Positions 40,881 to 56,379 of a stretch of 64,000 nt of DNA are shown here, piece by piece. The translations under genes and the position numbers were made by a program. The DNA comes from the human T2T-CHM13v2.0 reference genome, Homo sapiens. The stretch's first letter is position 1. Each line of letters begins with the position of its first letter. A model generated the notes under the pieces. That model did no database searches. It was not told the origin of the DNA and saw only the letters and a list, made by a program, of their open reading frames with translations. The DNA lies in the NCBI RefSeq assembly GCF_009914755.1, contig NC_060925.1; one strand, 5' to 3'.

Positions 40881-42207
40881 CACCTGCCCTGTGGCACACT
40901 CAGTGACTCAGTGTTCGTTTCAAACTCCTTTAACCGATAGGTATTTTCTGAATGAACAGGGAAATGGAAGCACATCTTCCCTCCTTCCCCTATGTTCACG
41001 GAGCAAGCAGAAGAGTTTGCTGCATGAGATTTGGGAAGAAATTCAAAAATGTAGCTCCAAACAGCTCCCTGGGTGGTTCAGACATGAGCAACCACTTTCT
41101 TAGAAGACAAGTGCGCTGAGTGTTTCTCGGGGATCTGTGGCTGCAAAGCGGATCAGCTCTGATTTCAGCCCCAGACTTTCTGACAGAGGGACTTTCCGCC
41201 CACTGCCCCAGGCTTGGTAATTAAGCAGTCTGAGTGATTGCAGAATTCTCGCATGTTCCCGGCAGCCTGTGCTTGGAGTTACCATGAAAGCAAGTCAGGA
41301 CAAGTCCCAGAGAAACTTAGCTGGTGAAGAGGAAATGGCATTTATTTCAAATACACAACCCAGAGTTTGAAGTTGATGAAATGGGAACAGAGAAGTTCTT
41401 TCCCGTTGCCCCACCCGCCGTGCAATATTGATTTGCAAATTTTCCAGCAGCCACCGCCGCTGCAACACTTCAGCAATAGTTGAATTAATGACCGTGGCAG
41501 TGCAGCCTCGTGCCGTAGGGTGGGACCTCCTGGAGCCTTCAGAGTCGGGCAGAGATGCTTCCTGGGAGGTGTCCGGATGACCTCTCTTTCGGGGAGTGGG
41601 GGAGTTCTGGAAGTTTCCATACAAGGAGCAGTTCAAGTGTTGGAGGCCCCCGGTTCTCCCAGGGCCCCTTTGATGTTCAGCGTGGGGACTCGGGGGTCAT
41701 AGCAGCTTCCTGGATGTGTCTGAGTCATCAAAGCTCTGCTTAGTAACCTTAACCTTAGTGCCTTAACCTTGCTAAGGCACAGGTTTCTCGCATCTGAACC
41801 ACCTGCGAGCTGTTTGGGAGCTACATTTTTGAAGAGGAAACTCCACTTTTATTCTCTGGGGTTTGGCCCCCCGAACAGCCTCTCCAGATGGGATCTCCCT
41901 CCTTGCCCAATCTGCAGCCCACGCCCCAGCCAGTCCAGACTGCTGTCGGTTCCCGGCACACCATAGGGCTGCGCACAGCTCCTGCCCTGGCTTCGGCCCT
42001 TCCCTCTGCCCAGGATGCCCTTCATCTGGATATCTACGCCTAACAGGTTCAACTCAGGGGTTCCCTCCTGCCGGGTGAGCAGTGGGAATCACAGTCCAAG
42101 GAACTTTGGTCTTGGAAGTATCTGAGTTCCAGTGCTTACTAAGCCCTCGAGCCTGCCCCAGCTACTTTCTCCTCACCCGTGGAATGAGGATAAAGTAGCA
42201 CCTAACT

Positions 42208-42706
42208 CAGTGTTTCTCAAACTGTACAGTGCGCCTGAAGCACTCCGGGATCTGGATAGACTGCAGATTAGGACTCAGCAGGTCTGGGGTGGGGCCAGAG
42301 AGTCTGTGTTTTTCTTTTTTCTTTTCTTTTTTTTTTTTTTTTTGAGACAGAGTTTTGCTCTTGTTGCCCAGGAGTGCAATGGCACCATCGGTTGACTGCA
42401 ACCTCCGCTTCCCGGGTTCAAGTGATTCTCCTGCCTCAGCTTCCTAAGTAGCTGGGATTGCAGGCATGCACCACCACGCTCGACTAATTTTTTTTTAATT
42501 ATTATTTTTAGTAGAGACGGGGTTTCTCCATGTTGGTCAGGCTGGTCTTGAACTCCCGACCTCAGGTGATACACCCGCCTTGGCCTCCCAAAGTGCTGGG
42601 ATTACAGGCCTAAGCCACCACACCCGGTTGAGTCTGTGTTTCTCTAACATGGTCCCCTGTGATGCGGATGCTGCTGGTCCAGAGTCCACACTTTGACTAG
42701 CAAAGG
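42208..42706. mobile_element. MER5A1-like MITE split by AluSp (42310-42628, -)
   Basis: cagtgtttctcaaac...ccacactttgactagcaaagg; Alu TSD gagtctgtgttt. Confidence 0.82.
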
Positions 42707-42975
42707 CTGATCTCATCGTGTTATATGTGACATGGCATGTACATGACATGTAAAGTACACAGGCCTTGCCTGGTTCATGCAAGCCCACCGTGATAACTTT
42801 TCTTGTGTGTAATGTGAGGCTTCCAGGGCACACCAGTCTCCTTCATGGAACAGACCAGACTGCGTGTCCCAAGCATCTCACTGTCTGAGGTTTGAGGAGC
42901 ACTTTTAGTTCCGCCTCCTTTTACCATGCCTCCCCATAGTCCCGTTGGGCTTTCCAATCTCTGTGTAGGTTGTAA

Positions 42976-43376
<401 letters not shown>

Positions 43377-44169
43377 GGTGCTGTTGTTTTCAAAGACACG
43401 TTTATTCTTGAAGGGAACACAAAAGAGGTATAGGATCTCCTTCTTCTTCCAGGCAGCCCTGCCCTGGTTTCCAGCCACCTTGGGTGTTTAGGCTGGACCC
43501 CGAAACCACCCCCATACACAAAGCCTGAGTGTCAAAGCCTCGCTGGTAGCCAGGCTCAGAGAGAATGTGCTAAACCCCACACACCTAACGGCCGTTTTCA
43601 CATGGCAGCCCCCCACGCTGAGATCCATATACCCAAACATCAGCGAGGCTGCAGTGAGAAGCAGCAGGAGACACACAAGCTACTTACCGGCCAGTTTCCA
43701 TTACTCTCCCGACCTGTTCCAGATTTCCAAAGCGGCATGCCGGGTAATAGCCACTCTTGCACGGCAAAGGAGAAATGTCCACGATAGTCCAAGAAGCGCC
43801 GTCCCTGGCCCTGGGTTTGGTAAGTTGTAAAAGGAACTTGCTGCTAAATAGCCACTTAATCCCCAGAGCCTTTGTGATTTGTAAGTTTCAGGCTTGAGCT
43901 TGAGGTTGGTGACAATCTCCACCTGTGGCCATAGAAGAATAAAAGCTTTGGGGGGAATGTGGAGCCCCCGCAGGAAGATGAGTTACCTCCAACAAATAAG
44001 TGTTATGGGACATCTGGTGGAAATGCACCCTAGAGATAAGACAGGCCGTCGGTCCACCTGCAGTCAGCCATTGTTAGTTTTATTACCTCCGGTGGATGAG
44101 GCCAGGTGAAAAACAGAAGTTCCCCACAGCCTCCAGAGAGAAGAAATGGAGTGTGTTTCCTGTACATCT

Positions 44170-44706
<537 letters not shown>

Positions 44707-44859
44707 CTAAGACAGTTCTATAAAAATAAAGAAGAAATCATTGTTCAGCCCAGGATGTGCAAGGGTGAAGGAATAGTATATTCACTCAAATCATCTGAAG
44801 TGCATTATCCAGAATAGATTCTGGCTACAGAATCTGAAGAGACATTGCCATAGCTCCCA

Positions 44860-45310
44860 CTTCATTCATTCATTCATTCATTCAACAAGTCTCTCTTGAG
44901 CACCAGCTGTATGCCAGGTGCTGTTCTAAGGGCTGAGGATATAGAGAACAAAACAGACCAAAATCCTTGACCTGAGAGAGCCGACTTTCTTATGAAAGAG
45001 ATCGGCGATCGAGATCAATAAGGACGTAAGTGCATTGCACACCTTGAAGAGTAGGCAGGAAGGTGGCAAGAGGGAATATTGCAGGGAGGGAGGCTGCTGG
45101 GAGCAAATGTGACAACTTTAAGTTGGGAGATCAGGGCCAGCCTCACTGAGGAGGTAACATTTGAGCAGAGATGTGAAGGAGATCAACGAGAGCAGTGTGG
45201 ATCTCTGGGGAAGGCACGCACGGAGACCCTGAAGCCTCAGGGTGCTCCAACATGCAAGGAGGCGGATGGTGCAGGAGTGATCAGATGGGACCTGTGGTCA
45301 GAGAAGACCT
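44860..45310 (-). mobile_element. L2a 3' end
   Basis: (TTCA)n caacaag...tgagcaccagctgtatgccaggtgctgttctaag; gcctcactgaggaggtaacatttgagcagaga. Confidence 0.85.
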
Positions 45311-45524
45311 GAGAACAAGCCTGAGTGTAGAATTTGCCACTCAGCAGATGGTTTTCGAATGGGTGGATCCATTCAGGGATCCTCCACGGTATGCACAGAG
45401 AAGTAAAGAGATCCAGCTTCCAGGAAAAGAGCAGAAAAGCAGATATACAGGGAGAAGCAGGCACAGAAACCACAAGGCTCTAAGGGGAGAGGGGTTGGGA
45501 GAACAGTGATGCAGTCACTTTGTG

Positions 45525-46080
45525 CATCTGTTATCAACTGCTGTGTAACCAGTTACTGCACACTGGGCAGCTTATGAGGACAGACACGTATTACCTCGCA
45601 GCTTCTGGAGTTCAGAAGTCTGGCCATGGCTGAACTGGGCTCTCTGCTCAGGGACTCACGGGGCAGAAATCAGGTGCTGGCTGAGCTGCATTTCTTCTGT
45701 AACTCCAGGTCCTCTTTCGAGCTCATGTGGTTATTGATGGAAATCTGTTCTTTGCAGCTGTAAGACTGAGGCCACTGTTCTCTTGATGGCTGTTTGCCAG
45801 GTGCTGCTCTAAGTTCCTGGAGGCTGCCTGCAGTTCCTTGACACATGGGCCTCTCCATCAGCTCTTGGGCTGCCAATCTCCTAGGCAGGGCCCCGGCTCT
45901 TTTAAGGACTCACCTGATTAGGTCAGGCCCACCTGGATGCTTTTTTTAAATAAAGAGCTCAAAGTCAACAGTGGTAATGTAAGAATAGAAGCGAAATCCC
46001 ATCACATTCACAGGTTCTGCATGCACTCAAAGTGGGTACACCAGGAGAGGAAATCTTGGGGGTTTAGAATTCTACCTACT
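45525..46080 (-). mobile_element. MLT1E-like MaLR LTR
   Basis: ctgctgtgtaacc...tttgcagctgtaagactgaggcc...tgattaggtcaggcccacc...tagaattctacctact. Confidence 0.75.
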
Positions 46081-46699
46081 GCCCTTCAGTCCAGCACAAT
46101 TTCTGGTTTCTGGTACTCGAGTGGCAGGGGCTACCCTTTCTCCCTTGGGCCCCACACCATGCACCCAGCTCCATGTGATAAATGACCATTCTTGCTTCCA
46201 CAGGCTCTAGTAGATCTCAGCTAGAGAATCCCAAGACTGTGATGGGATGGGAGTCCCAAAGGCACCACCTCAATTTCAGCATGATTTGCCTGTGGTGTGC
46301 AGGATCCTTCTCTCCCCAGGAGCGGAGAGAGGGAAGCGATCATGCTGAAATGCTTTTGAAGCTGCCTTTGTGCACCGTGGCGCAGATGACACAGCAGTGC
46401 CCTGAACCCTGGCTGCTGCTCCAGCACACTCAGTCTTAATGTATTGACATTGGCAGCCCTTGTATATCTCGTCATGCCAATAAGGTAATTGAAATGGAAT
46501 TGTCTCCAAGCATCCAATTAATCAGCAAATAAATCATAAACCTGTGGCTGTTCATTCAGGGAGGCAAAGAGGCTTCTCCTGGCTTTCTGACCACCGGAGT
46601 TGATTGAGCTCAGACTTTATGCACTTCTAATGAGCTTCAGGAGAAGAGAGGTAAGTCCAGGCAGGTAATGTTTAGAGCGTTACTGAGGCCCTGGGAACT

Positions 46700-47260
46700 G
46701 TGTACAAGGTCCTTCATGTATGAAGGCTCATTCTTCCATCAAAGAGGTTTATGTACTGGATTTTTTTCGTTAAAAAAATCCCCGTGAAGTGAGGATGACG
46801 ATTCACATTTTACAGGACAGGAAACTGAACCTCAGAGAGGTTAAGCAACTTGCTGAAGGCCACACAGCAAGTAGAGGGCAGAGTCCGAGTTGAAAACTAG
46901 ACCCGTCTGGTCAAGTGCAATGGCTCATGTCTATAATCCCAGCACGGTGGGAGGCCAAGGCAGGAGGATTGCTTGGGGCCATGGATTCAAGACCAACCTG
47001 GGCAACCTAGTGAAACCTCATCTCTATTAAAAATAAAAATAAAAATTAGTTGGGCATGGTGGTATACACCTGTGGTCCCAGGAGTCCTCAGGAGGCTGAG
47101 GTAGGGGGATCACTTGAGCCCAAGAGTTGAGGTTGCAGTGAGCTATGATTGCACCACGGCACTCCAGCATGGGCAACAGAGTGAGACTTTGTCTCAAAAC
47201 AAAACAAACAAAACACTAAGCCCATCTAGCGTTAAAAGCCATGTTCTTTTTAATCGATGC
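46700..47260 (-). mobile_element. MIR split by an AluJ (46909-47213, +)
   Basis: cattttacaggacaggaaactgaacctcagagaggttaagcaacttgc; Alu dimer. Confidence 0.8.
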
Positions 47261-50199
47261 TGTGCCAGATATGCAGATTTAAGTCACAAATGGTTTCCAT
47301 TGTCAAGCCAAATTTTAAATCCGGGACTGTGTGAAGTGAGAAGCTATTGGAGTGGATGGCCTCTGGCTGCTACCCCATACCCCAGCTTTATTAGGTGCTG
47401 GCATCGGAAGTACAAGCAAGAGACGGGCAGTGTCCTCTGGTGGATTTCCATTCCTGTGGGGGAAAATCCTCCTGTTCGTGTGATAACTTCGCACCTCCTA
47501 AAAGCCCTTTGATGCCCAAAACTCCTTCATAAGCTCAAGTGTTTCCTCCCCTTGGCCGGGTGGGGAAATTCTAAGGAACCATTCTCAGGCTAGGCTGATG
47601 AAGGGAGGGATGTCATTTTCTCACTTGAGGACGCTTTCAAGACGTTTCACATGACGAGAAGTCTTCACACCACCAACTTCCCCTTTTTTTTTTGTATTGT
47701 TTGAAGTTCAAACTGGAGAACTAACTGTGGTAACGGGTCAAGTCAGCCCAGCCAAAGGAATGACGGATTCAAAAAAAGTGGAAAGCTTCGAATTTCCTCA
47801 CTTAGAATAAAAAAATGTTGATCTGTCTGCCCACGTGCAAACAGAGAGCCTGCGAGGAATTCATCTGCACCCTTCAGGAGGGTTTGCATCTGCTCTGGGA
47901 TTTCTACAAGCAGAAAGGAGAATTATTTTCGTGATTCAGAGCAATTCTTCAGTGGGAAATGTCACCCTGAATCCTTTTGGCTCTGGTTTATTGGGGCATT
48001 TGCTGAGCAGTTGAGAACGGGGGAAAGAAGGAGTCCTTTCCTTTCTAGGAGGCACCTGGATACATCTGCAGTCAACAAGGGACCATCTGCCTTGCAAAGC
48101 GGGGTTTTTGTGGATCAGACCCAAGCCGAGTGTGTGCTGGGGCTGTGGCAAATACCCTGCAGCCCCTAGGAGGCAAATTGGTCCCTCCACAGGCAGCTGT
48201 GGCTTAGACATCCCTGGAGCTCAGGGAACCAACCGTGGTATGACACGTAAGAGCTCCAGAGACACCGTGCTGTGCGGGGAGCTGCAATCCCAGATGCACA
48301 GGCTGTGTTTCTGGGCAGGACGCCTCTAAACCGATGCAGAGAAAACTTGGTGGAGGGAGTGGAATTTGACTTCCAGTCAAATGTCATCCTGACATCCAGT
48401 CCCATGCACAAACTATGATGCTTTTTCCTTTAGCACCTTTGGTCCTTGTCTCCTCTTCACTATTACATGTGCCCACTTCTCTTCTCTGGATTATGACAGC
48501 TGCCAACTGCTGCCTTGCTAAAAGTCTCGCCCACCCCAATTCCATCCTATCCTCTGCCTCCACCCCCCCAAAAAAATGAATTACATTGTATGGTTCTCCT
48601 TCTTTAAATCCCTCTATAGCTCCTGTCTCCTTGGCGTGGTTTGAGCCCCACAGACCTCTCGCGCTCTGGCCGCCCGCACTCCCATCTCAGGTTTCTACTG
48701 CTGTGATTCTGAGCTGCACCTTGGGCCATTCCTGGGATCAAGAGGGTCTCTTGATTTCTTGCTCTTTGTTCATTCTCCTTCCTTTGCCTGGAATTCCTTT
48801 AGCCCTCCTTCTTGCCAGCCCCCAAACAGGAAAGATTCCACCTTTGCTGGGCTTTGGGGATTCCAATTACTAACTGTAGGAATAACAGGGCATTTGGAAA
48901 TTCAGTTTTATCATTTCCTGGGGAATGAAAGACACTTTCCCTCCATGGTGCCTGTGGGGGTGGCAGGTCCTGCCCTCTGTTCACAGACCTGGAGGGGAGT
49001 GGGAAGGAGCTCTGTGCTTTGAACATGCTTCTCTGGGGGTGCAGCCTCCAGGCAGCTGGGGCAGGATCATGCCCTCACTCTCTCCCTTGTGCTACCATGG
49101 AGGTCCTGTGTGCTGACCAAGCACTTGTCCCAAGTTGCTGGAGCGGGTCGTTTATTTGCTCTGCATCCGAGGCCTGAATATGATTGGTGCTTCACTTTTA
49201 AATGCGTGCATGAATAAATGGACTTGTCTTTCTCCCCTGTGACATAATCCAGAAGAGGAACTCTATCTTGACCATCTTTGCCTCCCCAGCACCCAGCACC
49301 ATGCCTGAAGCACACAGTTGCTCAATGTCGGGCATGAGGATGCTAGAGGAGGGGGCAGCTGGTGGCACAGGTGGCTATGGTTGCCTCAGCTCAGGCAAAT
49401 CCCATGGGCATGTGGAGACCCAGAGACCTACAGTTTTTTTCTTGGGTTTGTTGGCTTTTAGAGTTCTAACAGTTCCAGCCTCTTCTCTTGGGCCTCCTGG
49501 AAGGGAATGTCTGTCAGAATCTCCCATCAGGTCCTGAAATTTGAGAGCACAACTATTTACATATTGAAAAGGTCAGGATAGCGTGTGACAGTTTTACTTT
49601 GATTGAACTAGTATCTTTTTATTTTTCTCTTACATGAGGCTGAGCTACTTGCTGAACTGAAAAGGAGAGGGAGGGAGAAGGGGCACTTCCCCCCGGGGTT
49701 TCAAGACCTGCTGAGCTTCATAGCCAAGAGGTTCTCACTCCCCACTCAAGTGTCAGCTTTCCAGAATGGCCCCTTGAAGACAAAAACTCTTTCAAGGCAT
49801 ATTAAACAATAGCAAACTCTGATAAAATTCCATTCTGGTGGCATGTTTTATGAGAAACTGATGAGGGGCCCTGAAATGCATCTCAACCTTGATGTTTGAG
49901 CCAGAATCCAAATATTCCCTTTCTGTTAACCAATTCAATGTTGCTTCTCTCTTGTGGTTGTTTTTTTTTGGGTTGTTTTTTGTTTTGTTTAGGATTTTCC
50001 TTGTGGGAAGCCACATTCACCTTCTTGATACTATGAAATGGCTATACAGAAAAATAGAACCATCCCCAAGCAAAGATTCCTCCCCCTTTGGAATTGTCCC
50101 AGTGTGGACAGCACTTCCCTCCAACTTTGGATGAACAGAACAAACGAAAGGAGGAACTGTGAGTGGGGTCCTCTCCAACTGCTATAATGTCAGCTCCAG

Positions 50200-50525
50200 G
50201 AAAGCAGTGACCTTGTCCGTCCTGTTCACTGCCTGTTCCCAGCATCTAGAAGAGGGCCTGGCTCATAGTAGGCACTGAATAAATATTTGTGAAGAAGCTG
50301 CTAGATTGCAGGCTTTGTGATGGCAAGGACTCTGCCTAGGTCTGTGTTATTCATGAATGTGTCCCTCCCACTTAAGAGCACAGCAGGCACAAAATAGAAG
50401 CTTATTCATTCATTGAGCAACTACCATATGCCAGAGATGACTCAGGCACTGAATAAATACTTGTTGGATTAACTAAGTGCATTCTTGCGTACGTGCTTGA
50501 ATGAATGAAGGAATGAGCAAATGAA
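50200..50525. mobile_element. Cluster of L2 3' tails
   Basis: Repeated cctggctcatagtaggcactgaataaatatttg, ggcactgaataaatacttgttgg and (TGAA)n. Confidence 0.7.
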
Positions 50526-51167
50526 AAAAAAACCAATGAGTCAGTTCATCCGCCAGCAATAACCAATCTCGCCTCTCTGTGCTGCAGTCTTGGGACAATA
50601 AGCCTGGAGGTTTCTCTCCCTGTGCTTTTTCTCGCTTGTTGTGATATCCCTGCCTACCAAAACTCCCAAGAAGTGTCAGCTCCAATGATGTTTCTTTGAA
50701 TCACCCCATCTGGCAAGATGCAAACACTCTTGCTTTTGAATTGCTTTGTCACTTTCTGTCTTAGCTGTTGAGCACAGTTCAAAACCCATTTGCTGAGCCT
50801 GTCCTGTGGACAGCCATGGTGGCAGGAGCCAGGGATGTAGAAGTGACCCTGGAGTCACCAGGGTTCAGTGTGTGTCTTGCCTGCCTGGATTGTACAAGCA
50901 CCCACGGCTCAGAGACGGAGACTTCCTCCTCTCTGTAACTGCACTTGGCACCTGGTAGTGAGTCTGGTCAAACAGATGCTCCTGCACTCACACAGTGAAT
51001 AGACCCATAAGATGTGCCGCCTTTGAGATCTTTGCTTTGGTGGATTTGAAATATGGGAGGAAGAGCTGAGCTGCACTGTGTGTGGGCCAGAGTGGTGCGT
51101 CGCAGGCATGAAGAGGCCAGGAGTAGGGAGAGTTCCATGGGGGTCAGGATCAGAGAGGTCCATAGTA

Positions 51168-51489
<322 letters not shown>

Positions 51490-52199
51490 TCATTAATTGG
51501 TCACTGCAACAGTGAGACTGAGGACTTCTTTGATAGAAGCCCCAGTGCTTTCTAAATTGGCTTAAGCAAAAAGAAACAAAATGAACCCTTCATTGGTTCC
51601 CAGACATGATGAGTCATATAGGTCATCGCTGGCATTTGGGAGACCCAGCAGTGGCCAGAATCTCTCCCTCTCCTCGGGTCTCAGATCTGTTGTCCCCCAA
51701 GTTGCTTTGGTTCCCAGCAGATTGTCTGGTGGGGTCCTCCTCACCCTCCACTACTCCCTGCTGTCTTGAACCACTTTATTTAGCGTTGGCAGTGGTGGGA
51801 GGGAGCCGCTTTCCTGACAGCTCCAACAAGAGTCCTGGAGTTGATCTCAGGTCGCTTATGGCCAAGAGATTGGAAAATGCTGATTATCCCAGTGGAGACA
51901 GGGGCCCATCCATGGAACAGAGGGGATCAATCTTACCTCAACTGCAGACACCAAGAATGAGGTTTCCTGAAGCAAAACCAAGACTCTGGTACCTGGAAAA
52001 GAGGAAAATGCAAGCTGGACGGACAAAAACCACTCTTGGCTACTGTACAGGCTATCAAGAGAAACTAGGAGCCACTCCAATGACAGAACATTGCTTGTTG
52101 AGGGGAGACGGTCAAGGCTGGCTTTATCATGGCCATCACCAGTGCCCTGAATGGTTCCTTATGTGTGGGCATCATTAACCTGGCCATTTGCACACATTA

Positions 52200-52415
52200 T
52201 TAATAACACTAGCAGCATTAATAATGGCTACAGAGATGCTTTATGTGTTTTCCATGCACTGGCTGAGTATCTTACTCAGTATTATCTTATTTAGTCTTGA
52301 CTGCAACTCTGTAAGGTAGGAACTATTGGCCCCATTTTACAGAGAAGGGAATCAAGGTCCAGTGAGGTTAGGTGGCCTGTCCAGAATCACATGGCTAATC
52401 CCTGATGGTGCTAGT
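52200..52415 (-). mobile_element. MIR
   Basis: cccattttacagagaagggaatcaaggtccagtgaggttaggtggcctgtccaga. Confidence 0.75.
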
Positions 52416-52453
52416 TTTTTTTGTTTTGTTTTTGTTTTTTTGTTTTTTAATTA

Positions 52454-52772
<319 letters not shown>

Positions 52773-53999
52773 AAGTGTAACATGCATCCAGCAAAGTCCA
52801 TAGTTCATAAGTAAATAACTAGAAGGATTTTCACAGGGACCAAACTCAAGCAAGCAGCACTGACATCAAGCAAAAGAGGAATATCACCAGCACCCGGAGG
52901 CACCTGTGACCCCTCCAAGTCACTACCTGTCCCCAAGGTCATCACTGCCCTGGCTCCTTGCAGCAGTGATCCTGCAGCTGACCCAGAACCGCCTGAGCCT
53001 GGAGCTACCCATGGGCAGTGGTAACTTACTACAGATAGACCTTGAAGTTCAAGTGGCAGGAGATGATATAGATGAAAGGAAGTCTTGCTAGGACCATTGA
53101 ATCGCCTTATGACCTAACCAAAAGGTCTGGCCAAAAATCCAGACAGATCCTGATCTGGACAGTGCCCTGCAGGCCAGCACCCAGCACCATCCCAGTGCCC
53201 CGGACCTGGGAGTATACAGCGCCAAGACCGATCTGCAGCCTGGCAATGTGAATGGGGCGTTTATCATTAAAAGAAAAAAAGGAAAAAAAAAAAAAAAAGG
53301 AAAATCACATGCTTTCTTTAACAAAAGGGCTTCTCTGCAACTGTTTTTAAATGGTACGCAGCTCAAAATAGATAGGAATGATAGTACAAGAAGGTAAATA
53401 AAGAATCCCCTGGCACAATCGTGGGCCTTTTTTCTCTGCTGGTTGCAAAGCCAAGAGTAATTAGCACCGTGAGAATGGGGGGAAGTGATTGCTGCTCCTA
53501 CAACACTCTAATTAACAGTTACTAATAGTCATAATAAAACTGAAAGGAGGCTTTTTAAATCTCGCCATTGAGTGAGTGCTTGGTATGGCAGAGTGCTCAG
53601 CATTGGGGACCCACTGCTTCTCGGGGCTATACACTTGGCATGGGTTCATTTCTCTAATGTTGTTAGGTTGGTTGGGGGAAAACAGTGGTTAAATATGGTG
53701 GAAGAGTGGGGAAGAGATCTTAATCATCACTAGAATTATTACCGCTAATAAGATCAACGACTGATCCATCCGGAGCTTCGTTTAGACAAATGCAGTCTTA
53801 GACACTGTTTCCTTTAACCCTCAGGATAAATATTTGGCTGATGTTACTATCGTCTTGATTTGGCACTGCTATATTTTCTGTTGGGGACAGTTTTCATTTG
53901 TCACGAGTGGGCTTTCAAAAGACTGTTCTGGGCGAACCGTTCTGCTGGGCACTTGGCATCCCCGGGGTAAATTGGTGGTCTCTTGCTCTCATGGAATTT

Positions 54000-54013
54000 A
54001 TGACTCAGCAGAA
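54000..54013 (+). promoter_or_regulatory. Perfect antioxidant response element (NRF2/BACH-small MAF site)
   Basis: ATGACTCAGCAGAA matches RTGACTCAGCA plus AT-rich flank, in non-repeat DNA; motif match only. Confidence 0.4.
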
Positions 54014-54849
54014 ATAAAATATAACAGAAGCTGGCTTTGAAAGAAAAATCACATTCATTGTGCAATATGATTTATCATGAACTTTAACTGGTTGGGTTTT
54101 TAAATGCCATTTATGTCCACCTTAAATTAAGTTATCCAAGTTCAAAATCACCCACAGCTTTCGTGATGGGCATGTGTTCTGTGAATGCAGTCACTTTGTG
54201 ACCCATTAGTGACACTCCAGCTTTACAGTCACTAAGGATAGATGGTGTTCTCTTGATTCCCCTACCAAGTTCGTCATCTTTCCTCAAAAATGCAGGTGGA
54301 GTTTCTGGAGTGGCGAAGACCACAGAGCCATGTATTTACTTATTTAACATGTTACTGAGTGGCCTCTTCTCCACCACTCAATAACAAGAGCAAGTATTTT
54401 GGAAGGATTAAAAGTGCGGAGGACTCAGTCTCTGCTGCAGGTTTCTTGAGGGAGAGGTCACTGGCAGACAATTACTTCAAACACCGAGAAACAGACAACA
54501 TGGCTAGCACCAAGTCTCATAGGAGTTCAGGGCAAACTTAGACTTTCCTGCAGGCCAGATGATCCGGGAAGGCTTCTCAGAGGAAGTGGCACTGGAAGTA
54601 TCCAGAGGCCATTGACAAGCAGAGGGGAGGCATTCCAGGGAGAAGCTGGAGTTGGGGAGCTGGGGTCAGGGAGGGAGGGTGGAGAGGGAGATGGTGAGGA
54701 AAGCAGCTCTTGCAGGTCCTTGAGTGTCAAAATATGGGGTGTGGGTTTTAGTCAGTGGAAAGTGGGGTGCCATGAGTCTCTGTACCAGAACAAGGTCAAA
54801 GTAGTCGTCTAGAGATGTCACTGCTGTAAATGATTTCCTTTTCAGTTAT

Positions 54850-55925
<1,076 letters not shown>

Positions 55926-56379
55926 TATATTTGCTCCAGTGACAACATTTCTGTTTTGAGAATTGTTCTCTAGGTTTCCAGCTTGATCATTTCCCTGATT
56001 TCCAAACATTTCAACTTTTAGTCTTTTCCCCTTGTGAATAGAGTGGTGTTGAGATGACCCAGGGATCACCTTTGAGGAGCTAAGCTTTCTGGACATCAAG
56101 CTCTGGCTTGGAAAACTGGCCCATCCTTGGCTATCTCTTTCCTGTGAGTTGGATGGCAGCTTATCAAATTCTACCAGAATTCTATCAGAAAAGCAGATTT
56201 CTGCAGATTCTGCTAGATTTTCTCCCAGAAAAAACATCTTTTAATAAAAATGAATCTTCATGAGCCTTCAAGGACACATCAGCAAAAAGCCCACTTCTCT
56301 CATCTTTACTGGCTGTCTTTAGCTCACAGGAATGCAAGGAACTTAGCTCATTCATTGGCGTTTCCTCTGGGGATATAGA

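Noticed and set aside
42725-42755. Four CATG cores resembling a p53 element
   Set aside because: Spacing of 5-6 bp and the flanks do not fit tandem RRRCWWGYYY decamers.
51606-52178. Longest ORF (190 aa)
   Set aside because: No recognisable domain; it overlaps degenerate MLT1-like LTR sequence and has no supporting splice or promoter context.
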